From assembly GCF_001194135.2 (NCBI RefSeq), contig NC_068981.1, positions 72,855,958 to 72,909,139 on the forward strand: a stretch of DNA of 53,182 nt, read 5' to 3'. Positions within the stretch are counted from its first letter, which is position 1. Each line of letters begins with the position of its first letter. The position numbers and the translations under genes are program-made. Positions 23,140 to 36,110 of the stretch are shown piece after piece. This stretch comes from Octopus bimaculoides. Lineage: Eukaryota. Below the pieces are notes generated by a model. It was given only the letters and a program-made list of their open reading frames with translations. It was not told the origin of the DNA and ran no database searches.

Positions 23140-23790
23140 GATGTTGCCTACAACCGATATGGTAAACTGGGGAGAGATGAAGGATAAAATTTATTCCGAC
23201 AGAATTCGAACTCAGAACGTCTACACGCTCGAGTAAAATCTACTTTGGAATAGTGCTCATATTTGCAGGGTATTTTTGCTCATGCATATATTAAGAATGG
23301 ACTTCAATCATAAGAACACTATTCGACTTCTTGAAAGGCAAAGTCGACCTCGGCGGAATTTGAACTCAGAACGTAAAGACAGACGAAATACCGCTATGCA
23401 TTTCGCCCAGCATGCTAACATTTCTTCTTTTTTATTGTCCACAAGGAGCTAAAGATAGAGGGGACAAACAAGGACAGACAAAGAGATTAAGTCGATTACA
23501 TCGAACCCAGTGCGTAACTGGTACTTAATTTATCGACCCCGAAAGGATGAAAGGCAAAGTCGACCTCGGTGGAATTTGAACTCAGAAGGTAACGGCAGAC
23601 GAAATACCGCCAAGCATTTCGCCCGGCGCGCTAACGTTTCTGCCAGCTCACCGCCTTGGTACTTATTTCATTGATTCCGAAAGGGAGAAAGGCAAAGTTG
23701 GCCTCGGTGGAATTTGAACTGGGAACGTGAAGATAGGCGAAATGTTTCTAAAACTTTCACCCGATGTGTTAATTATTCTACCAGTTGGCC
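23140..23790 (-). mobile_element. Head-to-tail cluster of SINE family E units, one with an alternative LINE-like tail (23426-23657)
   Basis: Four consecutive body blocks (AAAGTCGACCTCGG..GAATTTGAACTCAGAA) in the same orientation. Confidence 0.8.
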
Positions 23791-24022
23791 AAGAGCAGTG
23801 GAATAGGAGAGTATGACAGTAGACTGGCAGAATCGGCAGAGTCTTTCATTTTCTGACTTTGCTTTTTATCTCTCCGAGTTTGATTCAATAATACCAGTCA
23901 GGTATTTGTTGTCGTTTGTCGATGTAACTGATTATTCACTTCCCCAAAATATGTGACCATGTATCAAAATCGAAAATCTATGATTGACTATTGAGACATT
24001 CGGTGTATAAAAATCCATTGTG

Positions 24023-24055
<33 letters not shown>

Positions 24056-24057
<2 letters not shown>

Positions 24058-24454
24058 TTTACTCTTTTACTTCTTTCAGTCATTTGACTGTGGCCATGCT
24101 GGAGCAGCGCCTTTAGTCGAGCAAATCGATTCCAGGACTTATTCTTTGTAAGCCCGGTACTTATTCTATCGGTCTCTTTTGCCGAACCGCTAGATTAGAG
24201 GGGGCGTAAACATACCACTATCGGTTCTCAAGCGATGTTGGGGGGACAAACACAGACACACAAACATATACACACACATACATATTTATAAACATATATA
24301 CGACGGGTTTCTTTCAGTTTCCGTCTACCAAATCCACTCACAAGGCTTTGGTCGGCCCGAGGCTATAGTAGAAGACACTTGCCCAAGGTGCCACGCAGTG
24401 AGAATGAACCCGGAACCATGTGGTTCGTAAGCAAGCTACTTACCACACATCCAC
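24056..24454 (-). mobile_element. SINE family A copy; a more decayed copy at about 25615-26000
   Basis: Colinear with 795-1184. Confidence 0.85.
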
Positions 24455-24831
24455 GACCACCGCTGTTGTCATCTGCGGTTGTTTTTAGCATACGGCAGAG
24501 AGAAATAGAGTTTAAGAAATAAAAGTGTGGGGGGGGGAGAAATTTCCCTCAAGGGGAGAGAATAGCTGAGAGATGTTTCTTTTATATATACCTATTTTAG
24601 TATGCTTCTATATAACCCATTCTNNNNNNNNNNNNNNNNNNNNNNNNNNNNNNNNNNNNNNNNNNNNNNNNNNNNNNNNNNNNNNNNNNNNNNNNNNNNN
24701 NAAAAAAATGGTGGAGAAAAGCTGTGAGAGAAGGGGGGCATTAAAAGCCCCTAAGTCACTTACAATGGAGATGTATGCATGTATGTATGTGTATATATAT
24801 GTATGTGTGTGTATAGTCTTTAGTGAAGGTG

Positions 24832-25140
24832 CATTGCTCAGTGGTTAAAGCGTCGAGCTTACGATCGTGAGGTTGTGAGTTCGATTCCTGGACCGGGCTG
24901 CGTGTTGTGTTCTTGAGCAAGACACTTTATTTCACGTTGCTCTAGTTAACTCAGCTGTAGAAATGAGTTGCGACATCACTAGTGCAAAGATGTATCGGCC
25001 TTTGCCTTTCCCTTGAGAGGAGGCTGGTATGTATGGGCGACTGCCGGCCTTCCATAAACAAGTTTGCCCAGACCTGTGCCTCGGCGGGTAACCTTCTAGG
25101 TGCAACCCCATGGTCATTCATGACAGAAGGGGGTCTCCTC
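24832..25140 (+). mobile_element. tRNA-headed CORE-like SINE with a different 3' half (family C); related minus-strand fragment at about 44090-44320
   Basis: TTGCTCAGTGGTTAAAGCG..GAGTTCGATTCC head and TTCTTGAGCAAGACACTTTATTTCAC core; 3' region unlike family B. Confidence 0.7.
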
Positions 25141-25413
25141 CTCCTCATAGTCTTTAAACTTTTACTAGAAGAAGAATGACAGTGACTTCAATGTTTCAAC
25201 AGGCTAGCATTCGTTAGACTGTCTGACGAACGCTAACAGGCTGAAACTTTGAATTCTTTGTCATACCTCTTCATGTATCATTAATAAACATGTATTCTAA
25301 TTAAAAGTATTGAGTAATCCTTCAGCTTAATATTCAATTACTTGTACATACAACTTAGCACACACACACACACATTATAATATATAATTCATTAAATATA
25401 ATATTTCTTCCAG

Positions 25414-25574
25414 AAACTGTTGTCAGTCTGTCATTGAAATGCAATGAATATGTCAACAATCGGGATCCTGACGCCCATATTGTGATGTACTGCAAAGCAA
25501 TAGTGAAAGAGACGAACCAAAGATACATCACTAGGGAAACATTCTGGCTGGACAAACCGCATTTAGATCTAAAG
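25414..25574 (+). CDS. TGM: Transglutaminase exon, beta-barrel 1
   Basis: TTTCTTCCAG acceptor and GTCAGT donor; 161 nt, phase 1-0. (E)TVVSLSLKCNEYVNNRDPDAHIVMYCKAIVKETNQRYITRETFWLDKPHLDLK. Confidence 0.93.
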
Positions 25575-26254
25575 GTCAGTACACTTTAATTATTATTTCT
25601 TTTCTTTGTTTATTTTTCTTCAAGTTTCAGTCGTTGGACTGCGACCATGCTGAGGCACTGTCTTTAAGTTTTAATGAATTTTTTTAAAGTCTGATATTTA
25701 TTCTATCTGCTTCTTTAACCGAGTGACATGGAAATAAACAACCCAACACCGGTTACCAAGCTGTGTGGAGACAAACAGAAAAACACGTGCATGCACACGC
25801 ACATACATATACATATATGTATGTATTTATATATATACGTATGTCTATATGTGGTGTGCATGTATATATACATATATATAACGGGCTTCCACATAGTTCC
25901 CGTAAAACATATTCACCTCATTAAGCATTAGTCGTTCCGGGGCTACAGTAGAAGACACCTACCCACGGTGCCGCACTGTGAGATTGAACACCAAACTACA
26001 CTGCTGCAAAGCGGATTTCTTAATTACACACCTATTCCGGCGGTTATATATCATTATTATTATCAATAATATTAATATGCCAATTTGTTCTTTTTTGCAC
26101 GTACCCGTCGAGTGTGTCACACTTACTTCAAAGAAGAAGTGAGTAGCAAAGCGAGAGAGAGGAGGACAGAGGAAGTGAAAGAGAAAGTGAGAGAGACAGT
26201 AGAGACATAGATCCAAAGAAAAGTTGACAGCAAATATTGGATGTCGCATTCACT

Positions 26255-27150
26255 TTTCATTCCCACACGAGGATAAAATTAACTCGCAAGTGGATGTGTA
26301 CTCCACAGACATGCATATCATTAACGTAGTTCTCAAGGAGATTCAGCCTCACACAGAATATGACAAGGCCCCTTTGAATTTCAGCTACAACTTATTTTGA
26401 CCAGCTGAGTGGACTGGAGCAAGTGGTTGGAAGAAAACGATAAAAGATCCGATATAGGGGCAGGGAAATCTTTGTAGACGTTAGGGTCACTATGGGTGTT
26501 AATCCTGTCCTAATAGCGGTATTTGTGGGTCTCATAGATCTNNNNNNNNNNNNNNNNNNNNNNNNNNNNNNNNNNNNNNNNNNNNNNNNNNNNNNNNNNN
26601 NNNNNNNNNNNNNNNNNNNNNNNNNNNNNNNNNNNNNNNNNNNNNNNNNNNNNNNNNNNNNNNAGGTAAATACCGATGCGCAGGCTGTTGTCAAACTGAG
26701 CGTAAGTCGAGGGAAAATACACGACGGAATAGCGATTATTTTGTCTTAGTTTTCATTGCTTATACTAAACACATGAAAATTTTGCCTTACGATATAGAAC
26801 ATTTCCTTTTCTTTCACTCTTTTAAAAACGGCATTCCGTCGGTTACGACGACGAGGTTCCTGTTTATCTGATCAACGAAAAGTTTGCTCGTAAAATTAAC
26901 GCGCAAGTGGCTGAGTACTCCACAGACATGCATACCATAAGGTAGTTCTCATGGACATTCAGCCTTGCACAGAATGTGACAAGGATGACTCTTTTGAATT
27001 ACAGCTACAACTCATTTTTGTCAGTTGAGTGGACTGCAACAAGGTGAAGTAGAGTACCTTGCTCAAAAACACAGCGCACCGCAGGGAATCGTACTCATGA
27101 CTATACGATCGTGGGCCGAATACCCCTAACCACTGAGCCACGCACCTTCA
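26255..27150 (-). mobile_element. SINE family B copies (partial 26255-26420; full about 26830-27150) either side of a gap
   Basis: Reverse complement of the 12735 and 19250 family. Confidence 0.75.
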
Positions 27151-28244
27151 CTCTCTTAATCGTAGATAAAAGGAGTGAAGCGATAGAGACAGGGAAAGGA
27201 GAGCCTCAGTCATATGCAATGACAATTAGACTGAAATATGATCGATCTTTTCTAGCTTTACTTTTAACAATGAAGAAGAGGGGAAGACATTTAGTAATGA
27301 ATACAGGGAAAGTCTTTCAGGTGTTTACGCTTTTATTCTGGGAGTTCTAGAACGACCGACTGTTAATTCTCTCTTCTTTCCCCAACCCACGGTACTTATT
27401 CGCCTTTCATAGTTCTTCATGTCTTTTAGTTGGGGGAGGAAGACCATGTTTTTGGGGGAATTTTTTTCAGGCACGTTTAACGTTTTCTCTATAAACTACA
27501 AACAAACCCCACTCCTTTCCTTTTTTTTTCATACAAAAACTAATGCAAATTTCGAACGGGGCATAGCTGTGAAAAGAGCCCAGAAAAATGGGTAATACCC
27601 CCTACAAAATGGGTGGCGGAGAAAAGTTGCCAACAGGTGGCTACATGAAATTCAAATCTATACTTTAAAGTGTGTCTTCTACTANNNNNNNNNNNNNNNN
27701 NNNNNNNNNNNNNNNNNNNNNNNNNNNNNNNNNNNNNNNNNNNNNNNNNNNNNNNNNNNNNNNNNNNNNNNNNNNNNNNNNNNNNNNNNNNNNNNNNNNN
27801 NNNNNNNNNNNNNNNNNNNNNNNNNNNNNNNNNNNNNNNNNNNNNNNNNNNNNNNNNNNNNNNNNNNNNNNNNNNNNNNNNNNNNNNNNNNNNNNNNNNN
27901 NNNNNNNNNNNNNNNNNNNNNNNNNNNNNNNNNNNNNNNNNNNNNNNNNNNNNNNNNNNNNNNNNNNNNNNNNNNNNNNNNNNNNNNNNNNNNNNNNNNN
28001 NNNNNNNNNNCGTTTATATATTCGTTTTGCAAGATTCTTGATGTGAAATCGTGTGTCGAAACAGATATTGTTGTATTTGGGGATGGTCATGTTGCCAGTT
28101 TAGCCAATAAAAACACATGCGCTATATATTTGAGTTAATTTGCTTCGGCTTTATTTTATTTTTTACATTAATCGTATTTCAACCAGAGTTCTTTCGTCAC
28201 ACTTCTGTGACCTCATCAGTGGTCCTTTGCATTCTTCTTTCTTC

Positions 28245-29140
28245 TTTGATAGGCGTCTGTGGAAACAACACAATATATCTTCACAAATTAAAGTTAAGGC
28301 ATATAACACACACGTCCTCCCATCTTTGCTAGATGGAAGTGAGGCATGGGTTGTTTACCGTTGGGAGGAAAGGCAACTGGAACGTTATCATCAATACTGT
28401 CTGAGAAAAAATTGGGAGATAACCTGGAAAATGGCCATTAGTAATGTGGAGGTGCTTGAGAGAAATGGCAATAGAAGTATAGCGTCAATGATTTTGAAAA
28501 GACGTTTGAGGTGGGGGGACATTTGGTAAGGATGAGTCATGAGCGACTGCCCAAGCAGCTATTGTATGGTGAGCTGGAAGATGGCAGGAGACCAGCGCAT
28601 AAGTCTAAACTAAGGTTTAAGGATTGCCTTACAAATGCTCTGATGCAGACAGGAATTGCAGCTGGTAATTGGGAGAGGGAGGCACAAGACCACGATGGAT
28701 GGAGGAAGATAGTACATGATGGTTGTTCAAGGTTTTAGAAGGAGAGAATGAAATATGAGAGAATTAGGAGGGGGCTTAGATGGGGGAAACATGTGGAAAG
28801 TGAGAGAGTGTTGCTTTTTATGTGTGTGGTTTGTGGGAGGAGGTGTTTGAATCGTGCAGAGCTGGTGAGCCATCAAAAATCTCACGGGAATCGACCCATG
28901 ATAAACAGTGATGTGGCTATTAATCTTCACAACAGAACATGTGTAAAATATGGAATGGTGTGCCTCTCAGTTGGAGGTCTAAAAGGACGTGTTAAGAGAG
29001 TGCCAGTTGTCTAGTATGCAATAAAATGTGCAAAAGCTTGGCTGGGCTTAAAAATAATATAGGGACATCACATGGCAACAATAATGAATCATTTCACTAA
29101 ATCTTCTTGGCAATGGCTTTTCTCGTGTAACAAGGGTGCA
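28245..29140 (+). mobile_element. 5'-truncated RTE-clade LINE (post-RT region with C2H2-like finger), decayed
   Basis: RRLWKQHNISSQIKVKAYNTHVLPSLLDGSEAW, RRLRWG/GHLVRMSHERLPKQLLYGEL, LRFKDCL, CVVCGRRCLNRAELVSHQKSH. Confidence 0.85.
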
Positions 29141-29169
29141 GCTACGATATGTATGTATGTATGTATGTA

Positions 29170-29207
<38 letters not shown>

Positions 29208-29474
29208 NNNNNNNNNNTGCATACGTATACATATATGTATGGGTAAGTATACATATATGCATGTATGTATTGTATATGTATACGTATATGCTTGTATGTA
29301 TGTGCATACGTATGTGCATGCATGTATGTGTATATGTATATGCATGTATGTGTATGTGTGTATATACATGCATGTGTATGTATATATATGTGTGTGTATA
29401 TGTACATGTCTGCATGTATATATGTGTGTGTGTATGTATATGTCTGTATGTATGTGTGTACATATATGTGTAAG

Positions 29475-29505
<31 letters not shown>

Positions 29506-29863
29506 ATCTGTATGTGTATGTATATACATATATAAAGTATTATATTATCTAGTAGTATCTAGTGTATATTATCTAGTACATATTTTCCTAATTGTCAATT
29601 TTTTTCTAAAAGCAAATGTCTTTGATGCAATTATAATAATGGAATTCATGGAAGTTATATGAATCACCGTGATGCGTCACTTGAAAGTTAACAGAGTTTG
29701 TGGAAATTTTGAATACATGCTACAAATACACACGTGTTATGTCATTACTTAAAAATTTCCTAAGTGTTAAAATTTCAATGAATTCAAACACACAGAAAGA
29801 TTGGCGACGATAAACTAAAATTTCTTTTATCCTATAATTACTTTTACTTCGTTTTCATTTCAG

Positions 29864-30000
29864 TCTGACACAAGGGTTCCTATCGGAAAAGCTTTTGATG
29901 TTCTTGTTAAGTTCACCAATACATTGACTATTCCATTGACTGGAGGCCATTTGAATATCGAAGGACCTGGAATGCAAAGAGTGCCTTCAATTAAAATAAA
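29864..30000 (+). CDS. TGM: Transglutaminase exon, beta-barrel 2
   Basis: TTTCATTTCAG acceptor and GTAAGT donor; 137 nt, phase 0-2. SDTRVPIGKAFDVLVKFTNTLTIPLTGGHLNIEGPGMQRVPSIKI(K). Confidence 0.95.
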
Positions 30001-30639
30001 GTAAGTAGAAAGACTAAATTTAATTTTGAACAGATAGTTTGAATGTATTGTTTATATATTTCAAAAATATATATTGGATTCAAGTTTTGACACAAGACCA
30101 GTAATTTCGAGAAAGTAGTTAAGTCGATTACATCGACTCTAGATTTCAACTGATATTTATTTTATTGACAACGAAAGGATAAAAGGCAAAGTTGACTTCG
30201 GCAGAATTTGAACTCAGTACATAAAGACGGGAGATATGCTGCTAAGCATTTTGCTCAGCGTGGTAACAATTCTACCTGCTTGCTACTTTATTTTGCAAGA
30301 GTACATATTAAATAAACAGAAATTAAATAATAATCCGAATATTTTTATGCGTAAATTATGGCTTTATGTATATAGATAGATGATTTGGGGATGGTATGAT
30401 GTTGAAGAGTACCCCAATCAAATCAACCCATTTCAAACAAAAATTAACTCAGGTCGCACATCTCGTTGTCAGCGAGTTTACCACATCACCATCAAGTCTG
30501 TAGTAGTGGTGGTGATGGTACTGTGTTGGTGGTAGTAGTTGTATTGTTGGAGGTGGTGGTGGTGGTGGTAGTAGTAGTAGCAGCAGCAGCAGCAGTAGCA
30601 ACAGCTAGACGAAGAGAATAAATTATTACTTAGAATCTC

Positions 30640-31730
30640 TGACCGGATCTGTGGTAGAGAAGAACATCCCACATCTTCCCAGTGCACTAACTCACAGACT
30701 CCTTATTGTTGATGAATGACACTGTGGATGAGGAGATTTCGTTAGTCTCCACTTCCAGTGTGGCCATCTATGTAGATATGACTGATGGTGTTATGAAAGT
30801 AGAAGTAACCCCACCAGAAGAGACAGTTTTCACTTCAAAGGCCTGCTGGTGTTACTACTTAAGCTGATATTTGCCACAACCTTTTTTATTGCTTTTCCTC
30901 TTCTGGTTACACGACCTTCAAATATATTTTATTGCCATGATCATACGGACTGTATCTTCTGTTTTACATAGCCACTATATCTGACCTTTAAGGCGGCGAG
31001 CTGGCGGAGTCGCTGCCGCGCCGGGAAAATGCCTAGCGCCATTTCTTCTGACTTTACGTTCTGAATTCAAATACCGCCGGAGTAGACTTTAACTTTCATC
31101 TTTTAGGAATCGATAAAATGAGTATCAGTTGAACACTGGGGTCGATGTAATAATCAACTTATCTCCTCCTCCCGAATTTGCTGGCCTCGTGCCAAAATCT
31201 GAAATCAATATAACTGCCCTCTTATACTTTCCTATGATTTCTCATAAGTCTTGGATAGCTTTTTGATCTTCGGAGAACATTTGGATCTGTATGTTCATGC
31301 AGAGCCTAGTCAAGGGTCCGTACTATTGCATGTCGCTTTTGTTCTAACTATCTGCTTCCAGTTGGCACGAAGATAACAAAGAATCAAATGTCAAAGTTGG
31401 CAACGAAATCTTTGATCTTCATCCTTGTGTTTTTCTTGCCCATTTACTGTGCTAACATTCTGCAGTCTTGCGTGTAGCACATAACCTCTGCCTGTCGTTG
31501 TATCTCACCCTTAGTTTTAAGTATCAAGAACAAGCTTCTATATAATCAGTACAGTTCGAAGAAGCACACAACTAGTCACACATAGATTACAGTACCCTCC
31601 AACTTCACTTTCGAGAGCATATAGAAACCCATTCTGTATTTTCCAAAACCAAAGGTATGTCACTTTCTTCCTTGTCATTTCTAGCGTAAATTTTACGAAC
31701 AAGAAGATACTGTCTTTTGTGATATATTCT
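30640..31730 (-). mobile_element. Possible very decayed LINE remnants interrupted by a family E SINE (30990-31210, +)
   Basis: Weak minus-strand IFEGRVTRRGK, similar to the LINE EGKRxRGRP motif; otherwise not readable. Confidence 0.3.
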
Positions 31731-32215
31731 GTAACACTTTTTTAACTTGGAATTGGCACATATAGCACTCTTTACACAGGAATTTCATATTGTCTCGCTC
31801 GTATAACATTAACAGTTGCTTGTTTTTGTTTTCTTATGCATATTCTTTAGCTTTTAAGTGTGTTTTAGACAGCTATTTTGATATCCCAAATCACCAACCA
31901 TCTTTAACATTTTTGTTGAGGAGAAAGTATTTTGCTTTGGTTTCCATAGTAAATACTACCTCACATTTCTTAAATGTGAAGTCAGTTTGCTAATAAAACT
32001 GATAGATAAATAAATACATACATACATATATAATACATACATACGTACGTACGTATGAATGTATGTACATGTATATGTGAGTATGTATGTTCATATATGT
32101 TTCGTGAACGCAGATACGTATACATTTATCATAGAATAAATCAGAATATTCGAGACAATTGCTGGTATCTGTCATCTATTTCTATGTTTTGTGTTTTTAT
32201 TGTTGCTGATGTTTG

Positions 32216-32307
32216 TTCTTCTTCTTCTTCTTCTTCTTCTTCTTCTTCTTCTTCTTCTTCTTCTTCTTCTTCTTCTTCTTCTTCTTCTTCTTCTTCTTCT
32301 TCTTCTC
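32216..32307. repeat. (TTC)n microsatellite, followed by (GT)n at about 32556-32688 and a CT-rich tract at about 32860-33300
   Basis: Direct reading. Confidence 0.95.
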
Positions 32308-32553
32308 ATCCTTGAATTCTTTTCTTTCTTCTTTTGTCTTTTCTTTATGTCATTCTTCGCTGACATTTAAATCTTCTGCGAGTGTTTCGCTTCTGTCGTT
32401 GACATTATATTTAACTTCTGCTGTTAGACAATTATTCGATAGCATATGTTGTTTTACCATTAACATCAGATTAATGATGTCAAACCAATCAATTGGTTTC
32501 TGCTCGGTGCTGGTTATTCGCTAAATTTCGCTTGTGTACATATTGTGTACACA

Positions 32554-32691
<138 letters not shown>

Positions 32692-34254
32692 ATGGAGACT
32701 CATGTTTGTGTGATCAGCGTCTGTGCGGGGTCTTTCATGTTCAAGCATCTTATACGGTAACCATTCGTTAAAATGCTCAATATCACGGGCTACAACTTCT
32801 AATGTCAGCAATAATATACGGTTTTCTTCCCAATGTGCATCTCTTTCTTTGTTCATTCCCCCCACTCCCTCTCTCTCTCTCTCTTTCTCTATCTATCTTC
32901 CTCTTTCTCTCTCCTTTACCCTTTATTTACACTTATTTTATTTTCGTTTTTGTCGGTCCCCACTCTTCTACTTACTCGTAGTTTTTCAATACCTTTCTCT
33001 ATTTTTCCAGATTTTCTTCATTCATTGCTTCATTTTCGTCCTGCTTAAACTACACATCAACATTGCTCTTAGCCTCTCTCTTCCTTTCTCTTTCTTTCTT
33101 TCTCTTCCCCTCTCTCTTTCTTTTTCTATATCTCCCTTTCTTTCTCTCTTTTCTCTCTCTCCTTCTCTCACTTTCCCCCTCTCTCCTATTTTTCCTGTAT
33201 ATTTATCTCACACTTGCACCGTCTTTCTCAGAAAGACATTCTTCATCTCTACCTCTCTCGTTTGGCTTTCTCTCTATATATTTCTTTCTTAAGCTTCTCA
33301 TACTTTATCTGATAATATTTAATGTTCTATTCCTAATCTCTAACAATAAGGAAGTTAAGGCTGACCACGTTATAATCTATACTACATTATTGTATCTCGT
33401 GTGACATTTCCGTATGGAGGCATAAAGGTTATAACCCGAAACAAAGCTTACGTTATTCGTCTTTATCTTCACTCCTTCCTTCAAACATACTTCTGACATC
33501 ATTCATATCCCTATTATCGAAATGTTGTGGATGATATCTCTGAAAACTGTTAGCTTGTTTAGTTCATGTGTCATACTTAACCTGAACGCACTTAACACTG
33601 GTTTCGCAGTTTTCGTAGTTAAGAGATGTTGATTAACATGAGATAATGCTATTTAACAAGTAAGAGATAAATTCTCATTGATTAGAGATCACGACTTGGT
33701 TTAATTCTAAGCTAAACTTATATCACCGTTAGCTGAGAAGCTTTGAGAAAATGCAAAACCGATAAAATCAATCTTCATTCCCTCTAACTCGTTCATTTTA
33801 TTCTGAACATCATAGAGTTTAGCTTCTGATGAGCTGAGTTGGCGATACAGTTTCACTTCGTAGTTATAACAATTTACCTTTATCAACATTATTAATGGTC
33901 TTCAGAATACACTACACGCTAAAGAACTTCATTTTCTTTCCTCAGTTATTCTTTGTGTATCGTCCGCTGGTCTGAATATTAGTTTCAATTTTTGGCACAA
34001 GTCCAGCAAGTTTGAGTGAAGGGGTTAAGTTGATTACATCGACCCCAGTGCTCAGCTGGTACTTATTTTATCGACTCCGAAAGGATCAAAAACAAAGTCG
34101 ACCTCGACAAAATTTGAATGCAGAGCGTAAAGACGGGCAAGATGCCGCTAGGACGCCAGGCGTTTTTCCCGGCGTGCTAGGGATCCAACCAGCTTGCCGC
34201 CTTCTTAGTCTAAATATTGTCTACATAGTGAGTGTAACTGAGTGCTTTTAACGT

Positions 34255-34520
34255 ATAGGTACAGGCGTGGCTGTGTGATAAGAAGCTTGCTTACCAACCA
34301 CATGGTTCCAGGTGCAGTCCCACTGCGTGGCACCTTGGACGAGCGTCTTCTACCAGAAGCCCGTTCTGTATATTTATGTGTGTGTGTGTGTGTGTGTGTG
34401 TCTTTGTGTCTGTGTTTTTGTCTCTCATCACTATCTGACAAACGATGGTGGGAGAGAATTCTGTCGACATCCAGTACTTGGCTATTACTTAGTCGACCAT
34501 GGAGGAATAAAAGTTGAAGT
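34255..34520 (+). mobile_element. SINE family A copy, decayed
   Basis: ATAGGTACAGGCGTGGCTGTGTGATAAG head and GGCACCTTGGACGAG core. Confidence 0.75.
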
Positions 34521-34819
34521 TGACTTCATTTCAAGAGGAAAAGGTATGCAAGCTAAAAACCATGAGTCATTGAAGCCTGTCGNNNNNNNNNNGAACCCTT
34601 ATACTGCACAGAAGAAGATCACATCGACCACAATGACAAATAAAAAAAAAAAGTAGTCTATCCTGACAATGTTCAGAAATGAAAGAGACTTTTGGTTTTC
34701 TAGTTCGACAGGAGTTAAATTAGTAAAAACTAAGAATGTGAAAAGTATAATTTCGTTTATGCATAAAACACGAGCAAGAGATTTCAATTGAAAAGAGTTA
34801 TACGAAAATAACAAATAAT

Positions 34820-35096
34820 AAACAATTGCAGCGTGGAAGGTGTTTATAAGCCATTTAAAATAACACACAAAAGCCGTCAGATTAAACTTCAACATTTAAA
34901 TTTAATTTGTCAAAATATTTTCGTCGCTTTGAGACCGCGACCTATTCACTGACAAAATTATGTGCTGCAGAACAGGTCGCGGTCTCAAAGCGACGAAAAT
35001 ATTTTGACAAATTAAATTTAAATGTTGAAGTGAATCTGACGGCTTTTGTGTGTTATTTTAAATGGCTTATAAACACCTTCCACGCTGCAATTGTTT
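34820..35096. repeat. Near-perfect inverted repeat (arms 124/123 nt), fold-back element; unique extension continues to about 35155
   Basis: 34820-34943 vs 34974-35096 differ only at ATTAAACTTC / ATTCACTTC. Confidence 0.92.
34907..34955 (-). ncRNA. Putative minimal type I hammerhead-ribozyme-like motif with variant core
   Basis: UUGUCA-GUGAAUA-G-GUCGC(9-nt loop)GCGAC-GAA-AAUAUU-U-UGACAA. Folded by eye; activity untested. Confidence 0.5.
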
Positions 35097-35439
35097 TCGT
35101 TCCAGCACACGATCTCAGATCAGGTCACTTGCTATGCAAGTACATCTCCGTAAAACAAATAATAAATTTTATGTATTATGTTATTTTTTCGTAACTGTAT
35201 TTGCATTGTAATGTAGTTAGATGTCTAAAGTCGAATTTTTCCAGATTTCTATGACGTTTGAAGCTTTTGAGACTGATTTTATAAATAATCTTAATTTTGT
35301 GACTTTAAGAAAATACTCTCTTTATATATTACTTTATACATTTCCTTTTATATTTAAATTGATATGCAACATTAAAAATAACAGAAGTAATTATAACAAA
35401 AAATATTTACTTAACATGGACCGATGCTCTGATAAAAAA

Positions 35440-36110
35440 AAATGTTTGCTTAGTCCATAACATGAACAAGCGAAATAGACTGACCATAAGAGAAACATAG
35501 ACTTCAGTTCAACGCTAGCGCCTCCGAAGGTCTATCTGTGACTTGTTGATAGACAGAAAAAGTCTGTGTCACAAGGATGCTAGAACGAAAATCGTATATC
35601 TAATGGTACGAGAGGGATGCTTACAATGAAAATATCTTTTCTCTTGGCACAACCAGTCATAAGAGTGACTTCAAATACATGGAGCGTAAGAGTTTGAGCA
35701 TAATAATTTGATGCATCAAAATCTTACAGCTATATAAAGTATGCTCTTGCTGTCAGTCGTAAATTGTGAGGAGGGACACCAGTGGTCTGAAGAGAGTTGG
35801 CAGCACCGTTGACATCGATTGTAGGGTGAACTGGCGTGTATCATCAGAATTGGGTCGGTACCCGTTGGATGATAGTAAAATTAATATACTGCACAAAACC
35901 ATTTTTGAGAGCCAGGATGTACACTCTTTAGGGTAAACTTTTCATTGAGGTATCTCAATAGTCTAGTTTACAAAAGTTTCACTTTAACTGGACAATGATG
36001 TCAATATTTAAAGAAAAATAGTTAAAGAATCAACAACAAATCTCAAGAAATGCAACTGTAATGTTATTCTAGCCACTCACAGAATTAGGGAATCTATGAG
36101 TGAATTTGTG
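35440..36110 (-). mobile_element. Helitron Rep-Hel (PIF1-like helicase) fragment, decayed
   Basis: Minus-strand motifs in correct order: ILALKN..V..IN, TGVPPHNLRL (35754-35780), VTLMTGCAK..IFIVSIPLVPLD, SINKSQ (35536-35553), CFSYGQ (35480-35497), YFACS. Confidence 0.8.

Noticed and set aside
27350-27684. Homopolymer-rich unique-looking sequence beside gaps (also 24470-24623 and 26420-26541)
   Set aside because: Looks like low-quality read ends; not interpretable.
33707-33889. Minus-strand ORF MLIKVNCYNYEVKLYRQ... as a nested gene
   Set aside because: Short, no recognisable homology and no coherent exon chain.
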